A stretch of DNA of 64,000 nucleotides, taken from Octopus sinensis. Its lineage: Eukaryota. The notes under the pieces were generated by a model. That model had not been told where the DNA came from and did no database searches. It worked only from the letters and a program-made list of their open reading frames with translations. The translations under genes and the position numbers were made by a program. Every line of letters begins with the position of its first letter. Position 1 is the stretch's first letter. This document shows positions 26,845 through 40,135 of the stretch, piece by piece. The DNA lies in the NCBI RefSeq assembly GCF_006345805.1, contig NW_021832432.1:186001-250000 (forward strand), given 5' to 3'.

Positions 26845-27810
26845 TATATATATATTTGGATTATTTTTCCATTTGAGAGCGGTCAGGTTCATTTTTAGTA
26901 TTCTTGCTAGTGAGAGCAGTTGATTTTATTTCAGATATTCTCATTTAAAAAATCATCTCCAGCTAATCGTTGAGAGGATGTTGGTGTTGCCTTGGCGGAG
27001 GTTTGCACTCTCTGGAGGCACTTGTTTTATTTTATCTATTCTTGAACCCAGATAACTCTAGGAGCAATTATCAAGAAACTTTTGCAAATTTTATAATACA
27101 TACATATATACATATGCATACATATATACATATATACATACGTACATATTTACATATGCATATATATATATATATATATATATGCATATATACATACATA
27201 TATACATATGCACACATATACATACACACACATGCATACATACATACATATATACATACATACATATGTACATGTATGCATGCATAGGCACATAAACACA
27301 CACACACACTGAACCACACACATGAACACAAACAAACAAAAAGGAACGCAGTGTAAATAACGGACAGAGTCAAAACTATTGAAAAGGTTGCAAGACGCAA
27401 TGAAAATTTTAGGAAAATAAAAATAAGGAATAAGTGGAAATTTTACCGCTGAATGTGTTAAATTATAAGGCACAAAAAGAAAATTACTCTCCCCAGATAC
27501 AACAGAATATTCTTCAACACACAAACTCACATAAAGAATCTTGCAAACCAAATCCAAAAACGAATTTAATAATGTTTTATGTAATTGTTTTTTTTTGGGG
27601 GGAGGGAGATTTATTATAATCTATTTTGAAAGTGTATACATGTATGTTTTAATTATTTCTTCACTAATCACTGTGAACACAATTTCATCACCATATAACT
27701 TAGGTTTGCATTGTTATATTGCCAAAGACTGGGTATTTGGATTAATTTCTGACACATTTCTGGCAATATTTACCTTGTTAATTCTCTCAGACCGTATTTC
27801 CTTTGCTTAC

Positions 27811-27873
27811 CTTTTGGACCTTCTCCAGGTCATTGTCTCTTTTCAAATGATCTCCAGTAGTGGGTGAAGTCAT
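27811..27873 (-). CDS. Candidate first coding exon MTSPTTGDHLKRDNDLEKVQK
   Basis: ATG with an in-frame upstream stop; only this frame stays open to a consensus donor AAG|gtaagc; non-repetitive sequence. Confidence 0.3.
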
Positions 27874-28461
27874 TATTGGAAGTCACTGGTTAATTGTTTA
27901 AGTGGCTGCCGACCAGTGAAGCTTCAATTCCCACTTCCATTATAATTTTTATATATATTTTTAGGATTTGAGAAGGGCAGCACCCATGACACTTTTTAGG
28001 AGTTATGAATTCAATAAATAACACTGGAAAACTTCTAAAGGATCGTTTCTACATTTAAAAAACAAAACAAAACAAAAAATTGTAGTTATGTGTTAATAAC
28101 TAATTAAAATTAATCCCATTGTGTGAAGAATATTGATCAAATTAGCTTAGCATTACAAAGTTCACTCCCCTTGCCTCCTTGCCAAAAATTGTCATTAACA
28201 CTAATAACTTTTATCCTCATTATGTATGTAATGGTAATTGGTTGAAAATATTTTCTGCTTACTACACTAATTATGTTAGTCTGCACTTAATTGCACTATT
28301 TCTATTGTTTATCTAACTACACATCTGAACTTAATGTATTTTTTGTGTACTTATTTGTATTTATCTCTCCATGCTAGCATGGGCAGATAAAATGTAACTT
28401 TATCATACTGTTGTAGCAATATTTTGTGTTTAAATTCCTCCTGATAGCACTTGAGGAATGT

Positions 28462-28625
28462 CTATGTAATTGCTTGGCCCGCTAGAAATAGTAGCCAAAT
28501 CTCTCTCAAATAACTCTCTTCATTAAAAACAAAAAACAAAAAAACAGATGTGGTAGATAATTTATTTCTTGATAGCCTTAAAATAAACAAGACGGTAAAG
28601 GCTGGAATATCATTCATTTTAAGGT
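28462..28625 (+). repeat. Representative of an abundant unclassified repeat (family E), more than 15 fragments in the window
   Basis: The motifs ctgctagaaatagcagccaaatctc and gatgggatggtcatggctggaa recur near 4.6, 7.2, 8.7, 18.1, 20.1, 29.9, 41.7, 48.3, 52.5, 54.8, 61.3 and 63.8 kb. Confidence 0.7.
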
Positions 28626-30929
28626 CTTTAGCTTATTATGATAAACACAGTAACGGCCATGCTAGAGCACCACCTTCAGTTCTGCTCAGAGTTGGCCTGG
28701 AGATAAACTGTACTAACAAGAATAGCAATAAGCCTGAGTCAATGAAACAGCCCCTCTATGGTTGCTCAACCTGCTAGAAATAACTACCTTCTTAAAAATG
28801 TGGAAGGGCATATTAGATTATATAGTCCTATATGAGCGTGTGGTTAAGAGGTTTGCTTCGCAACCACGTGGTTTAGGTTCAGTCCCACTGTATAACACCT
28901 TGAGCAAATGTCTTCTATAATAGCCTCAGTCTGACCTTGTGAGTAGATTTGGTAGATAGAAACTGAAAGTAGCTTCTCATGTATGTATACGTGCATGTTT
29001 GTCTCCTTGTCTTGATATCATGAAACAGTTATTAGCAGGGTCCTTCATTTTTATGGCAAAAACATGTCATCATGTAAGTGGTTTCTGATTTCTATACTTC
29101 TGTAAAAGTTTGTCCAGACATGGGGAAATATTACCTTGCTAAGGAAGAGGTGAATGTTGGCAGTAGTTAGGGCATCTGACCTTAGAAAATCTGCTGCAAC
29201 AAATTCTATATGACCCATGCAAGCACAAAAACATATACATTGAAGATCATGATGATGATAATGATGGTACTCCTAAAAAAAAGGCCTAATATTCTTTGAT
29301 CATAAGGCTGACCTTGACCCTAAACAACAACTGATATGAAGCAGGAGTAATATTTGTTTGTTATCTAGGTAGCCAGAAGTCTAACTCAGTGGTTGTTGTG
29401 TGGTTTGAACTGCTGACTGTAATATATGGTCTGTATACTAGTTCCTGAACACCCCAACACTTTGTTATTGTGTTTACATGTTTTTATTTCTATTGATTGC
29501 AGAAGGATGAAAATCTAATATTAAAAATCACAATCTCAATTTTACAGTTCTCACATTCCATCAACATAATTCTGAACAAGTGTTATTTATTTTTAGAATA
29601 GAGTATTTTGTTAATATCACTCCGGTGTTATCTCCCACAAGGATGTTGTTTGACTTCCTCTTCAAAAATACCCATTCATTTGTGATTAGGACTCTGAATA
29701 GAAAAAAAAATCTGTAAGGGAAAATGCAATGAAGATGCATCCTGTTTCCTTTTCCTTCTCATCAGTAAAGGATTTGAACAGAATTCTGTAAGCTTGTAAA
29801 ACATCAGTTTTAGGCTGCCTGGTTTTGCTGTAATACCTAGATCTACTTTGAGCATACGTATGATTTAACAATTTCTAGTCATGAGCTTCCCATATTTTTA
29901 TGGTTATCTGATAATGTCCTGTCCTTTTCTAAGATAGTGTGATTTGAGGGAGATTTGATTGCTATTTCTAACAAGTTGACTGACCACTTAGAGGCTTCTT
30001 TGTTGGCTTATAGTTACCTAGTTATTGCTTAAAGTCTAAAGACTAATGTTGCAAAGCCCAAAGTATTGGTAACAAAGAGCACAACATTCCAGTGGCACCT
30101 AAGAAATAGCTTTACTTATACTGAACACTGAATGCATGCAAAATTTGCATTGGGCTATCTGGTAGAATATCAGAGAACTAAGGCATTAAATATTCTTTTC
30201 TACTCTAGGCACAAGGCCAAAAGATTTTGGGGAGAAGGCCACTTGATTAGATCGACCTCAGTACGCAACTGGTACTTAATTTATCAACCCCAAAAGAATG
30301 AAAGGCAATTTCAGCAGAATTTGAACTCAGAATGTAAAAACACACGAAATACTGCTAAGCATTTCGCCTGGCATTCTAATGTTTCTGCCAGCTCGCTGCC
30401 TTCCCAAGGCATTAAATATAATATAATGAAAGTGGTAGTTAGTGATCAGAATACATATGAAACAAGGCCCATGTTTTGCTCAGGTACCTCACTAGATGTA
30501 TTTGATTGTTTCTGTTTTATAGGTGATCTAAATAATGCTGGGGCAAACTATTAACAAATCTGACAAGTAGAATAATGAGCAGGTGGTAGAGGTTCGGGTA
30601 GCTGTAGATTGTTGGCAACAAAGGGTTCTTCTCATTAAGTGAAAGGTAAGCAGGATGAATTGTGTATAAGGAGTATGATGCTACAAAGTAGTGAGGTATG
30701 AACATTGAATATAGAAAGAACTGTGGACTTAGAGAAACATAAGGGGTCAGGGAGTAAGGCCCATTGGATGTTTAACCTTTTAGCAGTCACATTATTTTGT
30801 TAAGAGTAATGCTTTTTTCATTCACAATGTTTTGAATTAATGATGGATTATCTTGTAGCTATGAGACTTCACTGTGGTTGGTAAGCAAGCTACTTACCAC
30901 ACAGCCACTCCTACGCCTGTAGTGTGTGA

Positions 30930-31044
30930 TACTTACAGCACCTATGTTTCTCAAGTGGTCACCCATCTAAGTACTAGCTAGGCTCGATGTTGCTTAACTT
31001 CGGTGATTGGACAAGAACCGGTGCTTTCAACGTGATATGGCCGC
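30930..31044 (-). pseudogene. 5S rRNA-derived pseudogene
   Basis: Reverse complement reads gcggccatatcacgttgaaagcaccggttcttgtccaatcaccgaagttaagcaacatcgagcctagctagtacttagatgggtgaccacttgagaaacataggtgctgtaag, colinear with metazoan 5S. It shows many CpG-type transitions, lacks the first bases and has no oligo-T terminator. Confidence 0.88.
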
Positions 31045-32459
31045 GCTTTCAACGTGATATGGTAATGAAAATCTGTTTTTGTTTGAAATTATTGAAAAAA
31101 ACTACTCAATAAAACACATTAACTATTCAACTTCTGTAATAAGCAATATGTTCCATAGAAATGAGAAGAGAAAAATCAAATAAAGTTCTATTGAAATTAT
31201 TGAACATTGAAACTAGAATATCAGAAATACTTAATATCTTAAAATTTTGGTTTTTCTTTCCCCCTACCCTTCCTTTGAATATGCTAATTGAAGCTACTGA
31301 TCTGATCCATTGAAGATGTAAATGTTAGAGAATTCTGAATTATTATCTGAAATGATTAATATTTTGCAAATATTTGGTTTATATATCTTCTTGTTATACA
31401 TACATAAGTACCCCCCCTATCACACACATGTAATTTATTCGTATATATATATATATACACACACATACATACATTATAATGCACACACACACACATACAT
31501 ACATTATAATGCACACACACACACACACACAAAATACTATCATCATTTTGCATATGTTTTCCATGCATGGGTAGGATGGTTTAGTGGGATTCAGTGAGGC
31601 AGAGAACTATATCTTTGCTCAAATAACTCTTTTTTGGCATGGTTCCTATGACTTGATGCCCTTCCTAACTCCTGGCTGTAGAAACCATACCCAAACTGTG
31701 ACCTTGGTGCAAAGAGGATGGTCCTCCAACTCACTATACATAATATATATATATACACACACTCACACATATATATACACTTATGTATCACCATCATCAT
31801 CATTTAGTGTCCCCTTTTCCATACTGGTGTATGTTGGACCGTTTGACAAGAACAGACAAGCCAGAGAGCTGCACCAGGTTCTGTGTCTGCTTTGGCATGA
31901 TTTCTACGGCTGGATGCCTTTCCTAACACCAACCACTTCACAAAGTGTAATGGATGCTTATTACATGCCACTAATACCATTGAGGTTACCAAGTACCTAT
32001 AAGGCAAAACAAAAGTTGGGGTAGGTGAATGTATAGCTTGCCCACCTGGAAAGAGAGGAAGTGAAAGAAATCAAAGTACAAGGTGAATATGAGAGATAGA
32101 TATGTATATATTCACATATTTTGTCTGCTACTAGTACTTATGTTAAAAAGCACAGAAGTATCAATAACAGATGAAAAGTCTCCAGCACTGGTGATGGAAT
32201 TGCTAAATCACATGATCTCTGCTTATTTGAGTATCCACTATCAACTGCATGCTTAGACAAATTTCTCCTCTGCTTGATACATTAAAAAAAAAAACTGATT
32301 AATCAGTCACCAGTGTTGCAAATAGCTGGTGTGTTGGGTAAAAATTCATTAATGGAAGCTGTATAAATATCATATATATACATATTTATATGCATGTATC
32401 TATCTGTCTATATGGATATCTATGTATATATGCAGGTAGATATGGATATATACATATGG

Positions 32460-32518
<59 letters not shown>

Positions 32519-33342
32519 GATGGGGGAGAGAAATATGGATATATATATATATGTGCGTGTGTGTGAAGGTGTGTGTCCCAGTAGATAGAGTTTGTACTGA
32601 CAATCACAAGATAGTGGTTTCAATTTCCAGACTAGTGGTGCAAAACAATTCATTTCACATTGCTCCTGTCCCTGCAATGGTCTGGCATTCCATTCAATGG
32701 GAGTGTTGGTCTTCCCACCCAACCAGTGAGGTAGCATCATTAGAAAGCTGCAATTCAGAGAAGTGCATTGTGATCAGCAGTTTTTAACTACATCTGATGG
32801 TCTGGTTGATATATATACACACACACGCACAATATATTGGAATAAGGATTTCAAAATCAGGGCAAACACTTTATAAGCACTATGTTAATTAGTCAATTTG
32901 AAGTTTGCTTTGAAGAATTTCACATAAAATTACAGAGTATATTAAAAAGTCATAAAGAAGAATGAATAATTACACATCTTTAATTGATAGTTTACAACAT
33001 ATAAAATGCCAACACGTTTCTGTTACACAAGCATTTTAGAATCCTTAGATGTAATGGTTTTGCACACATCAATTCACATTAAAGTGATTATAGTACCATA
33101 TAGCTCCAAAGCTGTACACCAGCATAACTTTTGCAAGGTACTCCCACTTAAGGGAAATTGCAGAGCACCTTGTAAAAATTATGCTGGCAAACACCTTTGG
33201 ATCTGTACATTTGGTTTAATATGAATCAATTAGTGTGCAGAACCATCACATCTAAGGATCCTAAAATACTTGCATAACAGAAACAAGAATTGGTATTTTA
33301 TATTTTGTAAGCCATTCTTCTTGTCCCTTATATATATATATA

Positions 33343-33712
33343 CGAGCAAAACACACCCTGGTCCAATAGACGGTGCTGAGTTGTCAAACATTTAAACCAA
33401 ATTTTCTCAAAACAACTTGTCCAACCGTCCCATAGGCCTCTCCTTTGAGAAACACTGATTTAACCTAAATTTGAGACACCAGCAAAAGACGGATTTCGAC
33501 TGATGTACTTGCGTGTACAAATGCACGTTCCCACGGCATTATCGATTGCATTCTCACCTGGAATTGATTTTTGTAATTTTTTCAAGACTTATACATGCCT
33601 TGATACCGTCGGTATCTACATATCAAATTTGAGTGCAATCGGATGGAGGATGCCCGAGATCCTAGAAGACAGACACACACACAGACAGACAGAATGGATT
33701 TTATATAATAGA
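33343..33712 (-). mobile_element. Helitron-like non-autonomous element, 370 bp
   Basis: A|TCTATTATATAAAATCC 5' end followed by (ctgt)n; 3' hairpin followed by CTCG|T; no TSD; second copy at 40674-40899. Confidence 0.7.
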
Positions 33713-34992
33713 TGTGTGTGTGTGTGTAATATGGATATCATGGGTAGATTATCCACCAATAGAAAATAAATTATTTAGTTATTTGAAATGTATACCTCAA
33801 CACTTTTCAGAATTTGATTACATAGAGGAATTTCAGCATTTGCTGGAGTTTTGAGATGATGCAATTGATCTAGTTGAAAGTGTTTTGATGGTACATTCTC
33901 TGTATAGATATTGTGTTGTGACAACGGCTATTAAATGCATGCGTCATGCTTGTAGCCGTAACTGTAAATTGTGTATCAAGGAGGAAGTTTAGTTTGTTTA
34001 TTGTAAGCAATAGAAGCATTGCAGAATTGTTGTTTTCATAGTTTATAGGATTGGGCTCAAATAGTTACAGACTTTAATGATACCACTTGGTCTAATAGGC
34101 CACATAACTGACATTTGACTTGATTTTTTTTTGTAGTTTGTTTTTAGTTGTTTTCTAGTTTAATATTTGATTACTAGGAAATGAATTAGCATATTTTCTG
34201 ATCATGTCATCTTTTTTATTATTTAGCTATAGCCCTATCAAATATGATCAAGCAGATCTTTTGACAAAAGGTATACCAACTATAGCCTTCTCGTTAATTT
34301 TTTCCAATTCGTTATGTCTGGGATTACATTATCCTTTGCTTGACCTTTGGCTGCAGTCCAAAGACTAAAACAAGTAAAAGAATGAAAGAATCAGCTAACT
34401 TTATTAATCACCATTTCTGGATATTGAGAAAGAAATACAGTGTTAGAGGTATATCTGTCTGGATTCAGAGTTCAATTTATAACCACTAGATTTTGGGTTC
34501 TATTCTAGTGCATGGTACCTCAGGCAAGTGTCTTCTACTATATCTTTGGGCCAGCTTATGCTTTTTGGATGAGATTGTCAAGAGGGAACTGTATGGAAGC
34601 CATTGTGTGTGTACATGTACATATACAGCCACATTATGTATCTGTCTGTTTGTCCACCCATTCATCCACACACACAACACACCACACACACAACACACAC
34701 ACACACACACAAATGCTAGTGAATGTAAATTCTTCCCCTGGTGAAGAAGTACAAACATAGGTTGCTGGTTAGTGACTTCAGACTTAGATCTAGAAGGAAC
34801 CAGACATGTAAGTCAATGAAAGCTTAAAGATACAACAAACAGTCAAAAATTTAGATATGTCTCAGTTGAAACATTTGATAAAAAGGAGGAGATAGATGTA
34901 TTTCATAGAGGACAACTTGGATTTCCTACAGGACAATCTACCCCCCCCCCCGAGGGTATAGACCAAATCTGTGGCTGGTGCAAATTACTTAC

Positions 34993-35034
34993 CAGGCCAA
35001 GGGTGATGTGGTGATGGAATTGAGATTGACAGAG
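34993..35034 (-). CDS. Weak candidate exon ALSISIPSPHHPWP, 42 nt, phase 1-1 (81 nt with an upstream acceptor)
   Basis: Consensus donor CTG|gtaagt, acceptor cacgtttatag and an open frame. Confidence 0.22.
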
Positions 35035-36189
35035 CTATAAACGTGAACCAAAGTCTAGAACCAAGAAACTCTTCTGGCAAGTGTTAAAAAGCTGAAAATG
35101 AAGTGGCTTGCTCATGTAACTAAATACTGTGACACTGTCTCTAATGAATACCATATTTGCTAGTGTACAGGGCATATACTTGCATAGGACAAAACCACTG
35201 CATTTTAGTGGGAAAACAAATTTGATGTTTCCTCATGCAGTCATACACAAGGTATCCCATTTCTAATATGTTATCATTAGACACATGACAATTTCTGATA
35301 CATTTTAGAGTCTAAAAAGTGTAGGGACAAATTCCTGGCAGAAGATGCGTAGGAAGAATACAAAACAACAAAAAAATGGGCTGAGGGAGATGGTAGAAAG
35401 CACAAGATTAGCTGATAACCAGGAAAAATAGCTGATAGATGATAGAGATTGTTGTGCTTGCTATATGCATACAGCTTCCTTTGAATTTTGATGATGGGCT
35501 TTCTACTGACAACCATTTCACCTATATTGTTAATGTTGTCTTAAGAGATTGGGGTTTGGAATTCATGGTCCCCAATCACTAACAGTTGTGTTTAAGGGCT
35601 GATTTAAACTACTGTATTTTCTAGATTAAGGGGGTTTTAAGTAGAAACCATTCTTGCCTTTGATTCAACTTCTCTGGGATTTTTGAGCAGTTCTTACTGC
35701 TTCGTAGTATAGACTGATCTCAGAGAAACAGAAGCCACCAAGTAAACCATACAGAAAAGATGTACTTAACTTTTAAAACGTTCTTCATACAATTTTAGGT
35801 CTTTGAGAGGAAGCATATTTTTCAAATGAATAAAAATAATATTAAACAAAATGATAAATTTTTGTTTTCACCCCGTCATCAAAATGAGTAATTCAAAAAG
35901 GAATGTGCTTTATCTGTGTTGCATCTGTGTTTCCTTTTGATGAAAGTTTCTGGTATTCAAAAATGAAAAACATAATGTAAATATTCACAGGTAGAATTGG
36001 ACATCTTTTGTGAGTTACCTCATCCTCTGCATCTGGCAGTATTCTTTTCCTCTTACCACTTTATGCAAGTCAAATTCACATTTTTTTTCACTCTTTAATT
36101 GTCTTCTCTGGTGCCAACTTTTAATCGTGTTCTTTCTTTATTGTTCATTCTTCCTTCTTTTAACTTTCAACAATTCTTTTATCGTTTCT

Positions 36190-36580
36190 TTTATCTTTTA
36201 ATTGTTTCGATCATTGAACTGTGGCCATGCTTGAGCAATGCCTTACAGGATTTAATCAAACAAATTGACCCCAGTACTTACTTTTTTAAGCCTGGTACCT
36301 TTTCTATCAGTATCTTTTACCTAACTGCTAAGTTACAGAGATGTAAACTAACCAACACCAGTTGTCAAGTGGTGAGGGTGCAGGACAAGCAAACACACAC
36401 ACACACCACACACACACAACACACACACATGGCATGCTTCCACACAGTTCTATCTACCAAATTCACTCACAAGACATTGGTTAACTTTGAGAGCTGCTGA
36501 TACTGCTGTGTAGTGGAACTGAATCCAAAACCTTATGACTACAAAGTGAGCTTTTTAACTACACAGCCATGCCTGCTCCT
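36190..36580 (-). mobile_element. Family A SINE
   Basis: Family A tail, core and head in reverse orientation. Confidence 0.75.
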
Positions 36581-37504
36581 ATTGATGATATTTCTATGTG
36601 AATCACTCAGAAAAGAGATAGAAACGTTGGTAGTCCCAACCCATTAGCATTGATTTTTTTTTTTTTTCTTTTTTGAGGATTTCAACTTTCACTAGGAGGT
36701 GTTATTTATAACTTATGTGTTCAAAATCAACTTCAAATAGTTATTGGTTCGTTACAATTAAATCCAGTTTCAAACAGAAATTGACTTTTGTGCAGTGTGA
36801 AAACTTACCTTGAGAACCTGAATTTGTAAATATTCAAACTTGTCTGACTTCTGAAAGATATATATTAAATGCATGAAAAATATATCTAAATGTCCTCTTT
36901 CTTCCCACCTTCCCCTCTCTATGAATATGTATGTATTTGTGTGTGTATGAAAATAGGAAGTCTATTTTTAGTTTATAAGTTATAATTATCATGAAGTTTG
37001 ATATTACACTCTTTTGTTAAAAATGTAATTAGATCATTATTTGCTGCTGATAAGTTTTTGCCGACTCTGTTTGAGAAGTTTGATGTATTCTTTCAACCTT
37101 CTCTTCAACTTCATAAGAGGTAGCCTACTCTCAGAGATGATGTGCACTCTATATTAGTCAATTCACTTGTACAAATTGGCCCCTATTTGTACTGAGGTCA
37201 TCAGTTTCACTGAAGTTAGCTGATGTTACATATAGCCAAACTATCATTACCTCATAAATGTATGCCTTTTGCTAAGACTTTCAACACAAGATTCAATAGC
37301 TTGATTTTTGCAATTTTTTTTTTCTTTTTCCTGAGTTTCATAGGCTGTGTCACTGAACTTCTGAAAGCAAGTTCAATCAAAACTAATCTTTTTCAATGCA
37401 AAACTCTATTAGTCAGGTAAGATAGTGTGCGCCATTGCAATTAAGTATTCATTACCCATTGTTTGTGGAAGATGAACTTTCAGTGCAAATTATAAAAGAG
37501 ACTC

Positions 37505-37690
37505 TTTCTTTAGCCCTTCTTCATTCCCTTGGTCATCAATGACTTTCCTCCTCTCTTCTTGACTGTGAACTGTCTTTTCTGCTTCTCTCTTATTGAATCC
37601 CTGCTTTCTCAGCTCTGCTTCAGTACCCAGCCTCCAGGTATTTTTAGCGCATCCTCTCTTCCATCACCTTTGTAGGCGAATGTTTTCGTG
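37505..37690 (-). mobile_element. RTE LINE 3' coding remnant
   Basis: WKRGCAKNTWRLGTEAELRKQG...QEERRKVID..GNEEGL resembles the RTE terminal RKRGRPKNTWRR..EAE...DR..WR motif. Confidence 0.55.
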
Positions 37691-38224
37691 AGGGAAGGTC
37701 TTCCTCTCTCAGGTTTTGATGGCTTTTATTTATTGTTGATGCGTCTATAACTTTGGTTTTTGTCTTACCCATTACAATTCGTATTGGCATTACGGCCCTT
37801 AATGTTTGCCTTCGTCAATTGTTTACTTTGTATATCCATTCTGTTGTTGTTTGTTCACTTGAAGCCCAAAATCTCCACAAATTTTATATTTCTAAAATTT
37901 CTAGATGCTGCTGTCTTATGAAGTTTTCCTATCTTGTCGTTAAAAGCACGAAATAGGGAGTAGTAAAACAGGTGACAACTGATGAGCAAGTTATCTTCTT
38001 TGGGAATTTGTCCTGTACTTATCTCTCTCATGTGTTTATGTAGTTTTCACTCGTTGGTGATGTCCTGTACTTGTTGTATTTGTTTTGGTATTTAGTCCTG
38101 TATTTATCTCTCATTTGTTTACATATTTTTCACTCGGTGATATCCTGTACTTAATGTGTATTTATATATATACTTCTTTTCTATATTTTATCTCCGAGAA
38201 TAGGTAAATCCATATTAAGTCTGA

Positions 38225-38340
38225 CCTCTATCCTTTGACCTGTCCAGCATTGGAAGGTCTACAAGGAGCTTGTTCTCCACTGGCATAAGTCTAGGGCTCA
38301 CTGAGGTACTCAAGCTACCACCCTGGAACAAGGACTAGAC
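38225..38340 (+). mobile_element. Probable RTE/BovB-like 5' UTR remnant
   Basis: cctttgacctgtcc...aggagc...ctccactggcata...ggctcactgagg...caagc...ccaccc...acaagg resembles my recollection of RTE 5' UTRs; unverified. Confidence 0.35.
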
Positions 38341-38879
38341 CTTATGGTGGATAAATGAAACTCTATTCATATCTTCATCTGGTGTTTCTGTTATTGTCTA
38401 TGCCTCACTGCTATTGAACAATTGTTTTCAGTGTAAGCTGTAAAATGTAGTATTGTAATTCTTCCTGCCTAGCAACTTCAACACCTGACGTAGTCATAGA
38501 GATATGTGGGCATGTCTTACGCATTTTAAATCTGGCAGAGCCAGTTCCTTTCTAGATTCAATTTCAACTAATTTCTTCCAAGGTGAAAATGAGTATGAAA
38601 GAGAGAACATAAACCAACTAGCACCACTTGTCAAGGGAAGTGTGGACACACACACACACACACACTTCTGTGGAGTTTCTGTCTATCATATTCACTTCCA
38701 AGAGCTAAGGCAGAAGACAACTACTGAAGGTGTTGCACAGTGGGACTAAACTGAAAACTATTTGATTGTAAAACAAGCAATTTCTGCTTTTTTCTATCCA
38801 AAATGATCTTTAACACAATATTTAAACACTAATATCTATGCATACATGCATGCAATTATATATATATATATATATATAT

Positions 38880-39108
38880 ATTTCTTTACTACCCACAAGG
38901 AGCTAAACACAGAGGGGACAAACAACGACAGAAAAACAGATTAAGTCAATTACATTGACCCCAGTGTGTAACTGGTACTTAATTTATCGACCCCAAAAGG
39001 ATGAAAGGCAAAGTCGACCTCGGCAGAATTTGAACTCAGAACGCAGTGGCGGACGAAATACCGCAAAGCATTTCACCCGGCGTGCTAACGATTCTGCCAG
39101 CTCGCCCC
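38880..39108 (-). mobile_element. Family B SINE, near full length
   Basis: Retains CpGs (ggcaaagtcgacctcggcagaatttgaactcagaacg). Confidence 0.85.
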
Positions 39109-39163
39109 TATATATATATATATTTATATATATACACACACATATACATACAGACATATAGAC

Positions 39164-39233
<70 letters not shown>

Positions 39234-40060
39234 GGCTCTCTCATTAGCCTTCGTGAACATGTAGAAGCTTCCACGTTGGCTTCCAGTTACCACATGAAGT
39301 TTAGAAGTTATACAGCAGTATGTACTTTCATACGAAATACACCTTTCAAGAAGAGCATTAAGAAAGGGCAGATGGCAATTCATGTGCTCCCATATGAATT
39401 TATCATGTGATTATCACACAGCAGTTCCTAGCTAGTCTAGAGAATGCTGCTTGGTTGTTATCTTAGTATTATGGATAGGCTTTTCTTTAATAGAATGCAG
39501 TTTCGCAATTGTGCTTAATGTAAACCACAGGAACATATGGCATATATTTGAGAATTTTTAGCACACCTTTTGATGGCACCTGAACAGGGAAGGAGGTAGA
39601 AAGATAAAGGAAAAAGCAGAGAGAAAGAGAGGGGGGAGAGAGAAAATGTGTTGGAGAGAGAGGGGAGAGGAGAGAGAGAGAGAAGTAGATAAACACCTAC
39701 TGGACATTTGTTAAATGCTAATTAATCTACCTGCCTCTAACAATATTACATGCATAAGCACATTTATGCACACAAACATATTTTCACATGCATACATACA
39801 TACACACACGCACGCGCACACACACACACTTGAAAGGAAGTCCTATTTTGCATCAGTATGTAGCAAGTAGCTAGGCAGAATGAATCCAGGGTACCTTGTC
39901 CTGTCTGTTTCTTGCTGTCTTTGTCTGTCTGTCTGTCTCTCTCTCTCTATCTATCTATCTCTCCAAAAAGAAAAGCTCTACTTTGTAATTTGTCCCCTCT
40001 GTGTTCAGCCCTGTGTGGCTAATAAAGAAACATCTATCTATCTATCTGTCTGTCTGTCTG

Positions 40061-40135
<75 letters not shown>

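Larger units (their letters stand above)
24412..27025 (+). mobile_element. Helentron-associated non-autonomous element (HINE/DINE-1-like) carrying nested insertions
   Basis: 5' hairpin acctctgccttcgctaaggtggaggt, then a (tgtc)n tract. The 3' subterminal inverted repeat ccttggcggaggt (26990-27002) is followed by an imperfect stem-loop and a T-rich end. Confidence 0.65.

Noticed and set aside
30523-30645. 123-nt segment with a strong acceptor and donor on the plus strand
   Set aside because: All three frames contain stops; it could only be a UTR or lncRNA exon, which cannot be tested here.
34985-35000. ttacttaccaggc resembles the U1 snRNA 5' end
   Set aside because: No U1 similarity follows; it is better read as a minus-strand splice donor.
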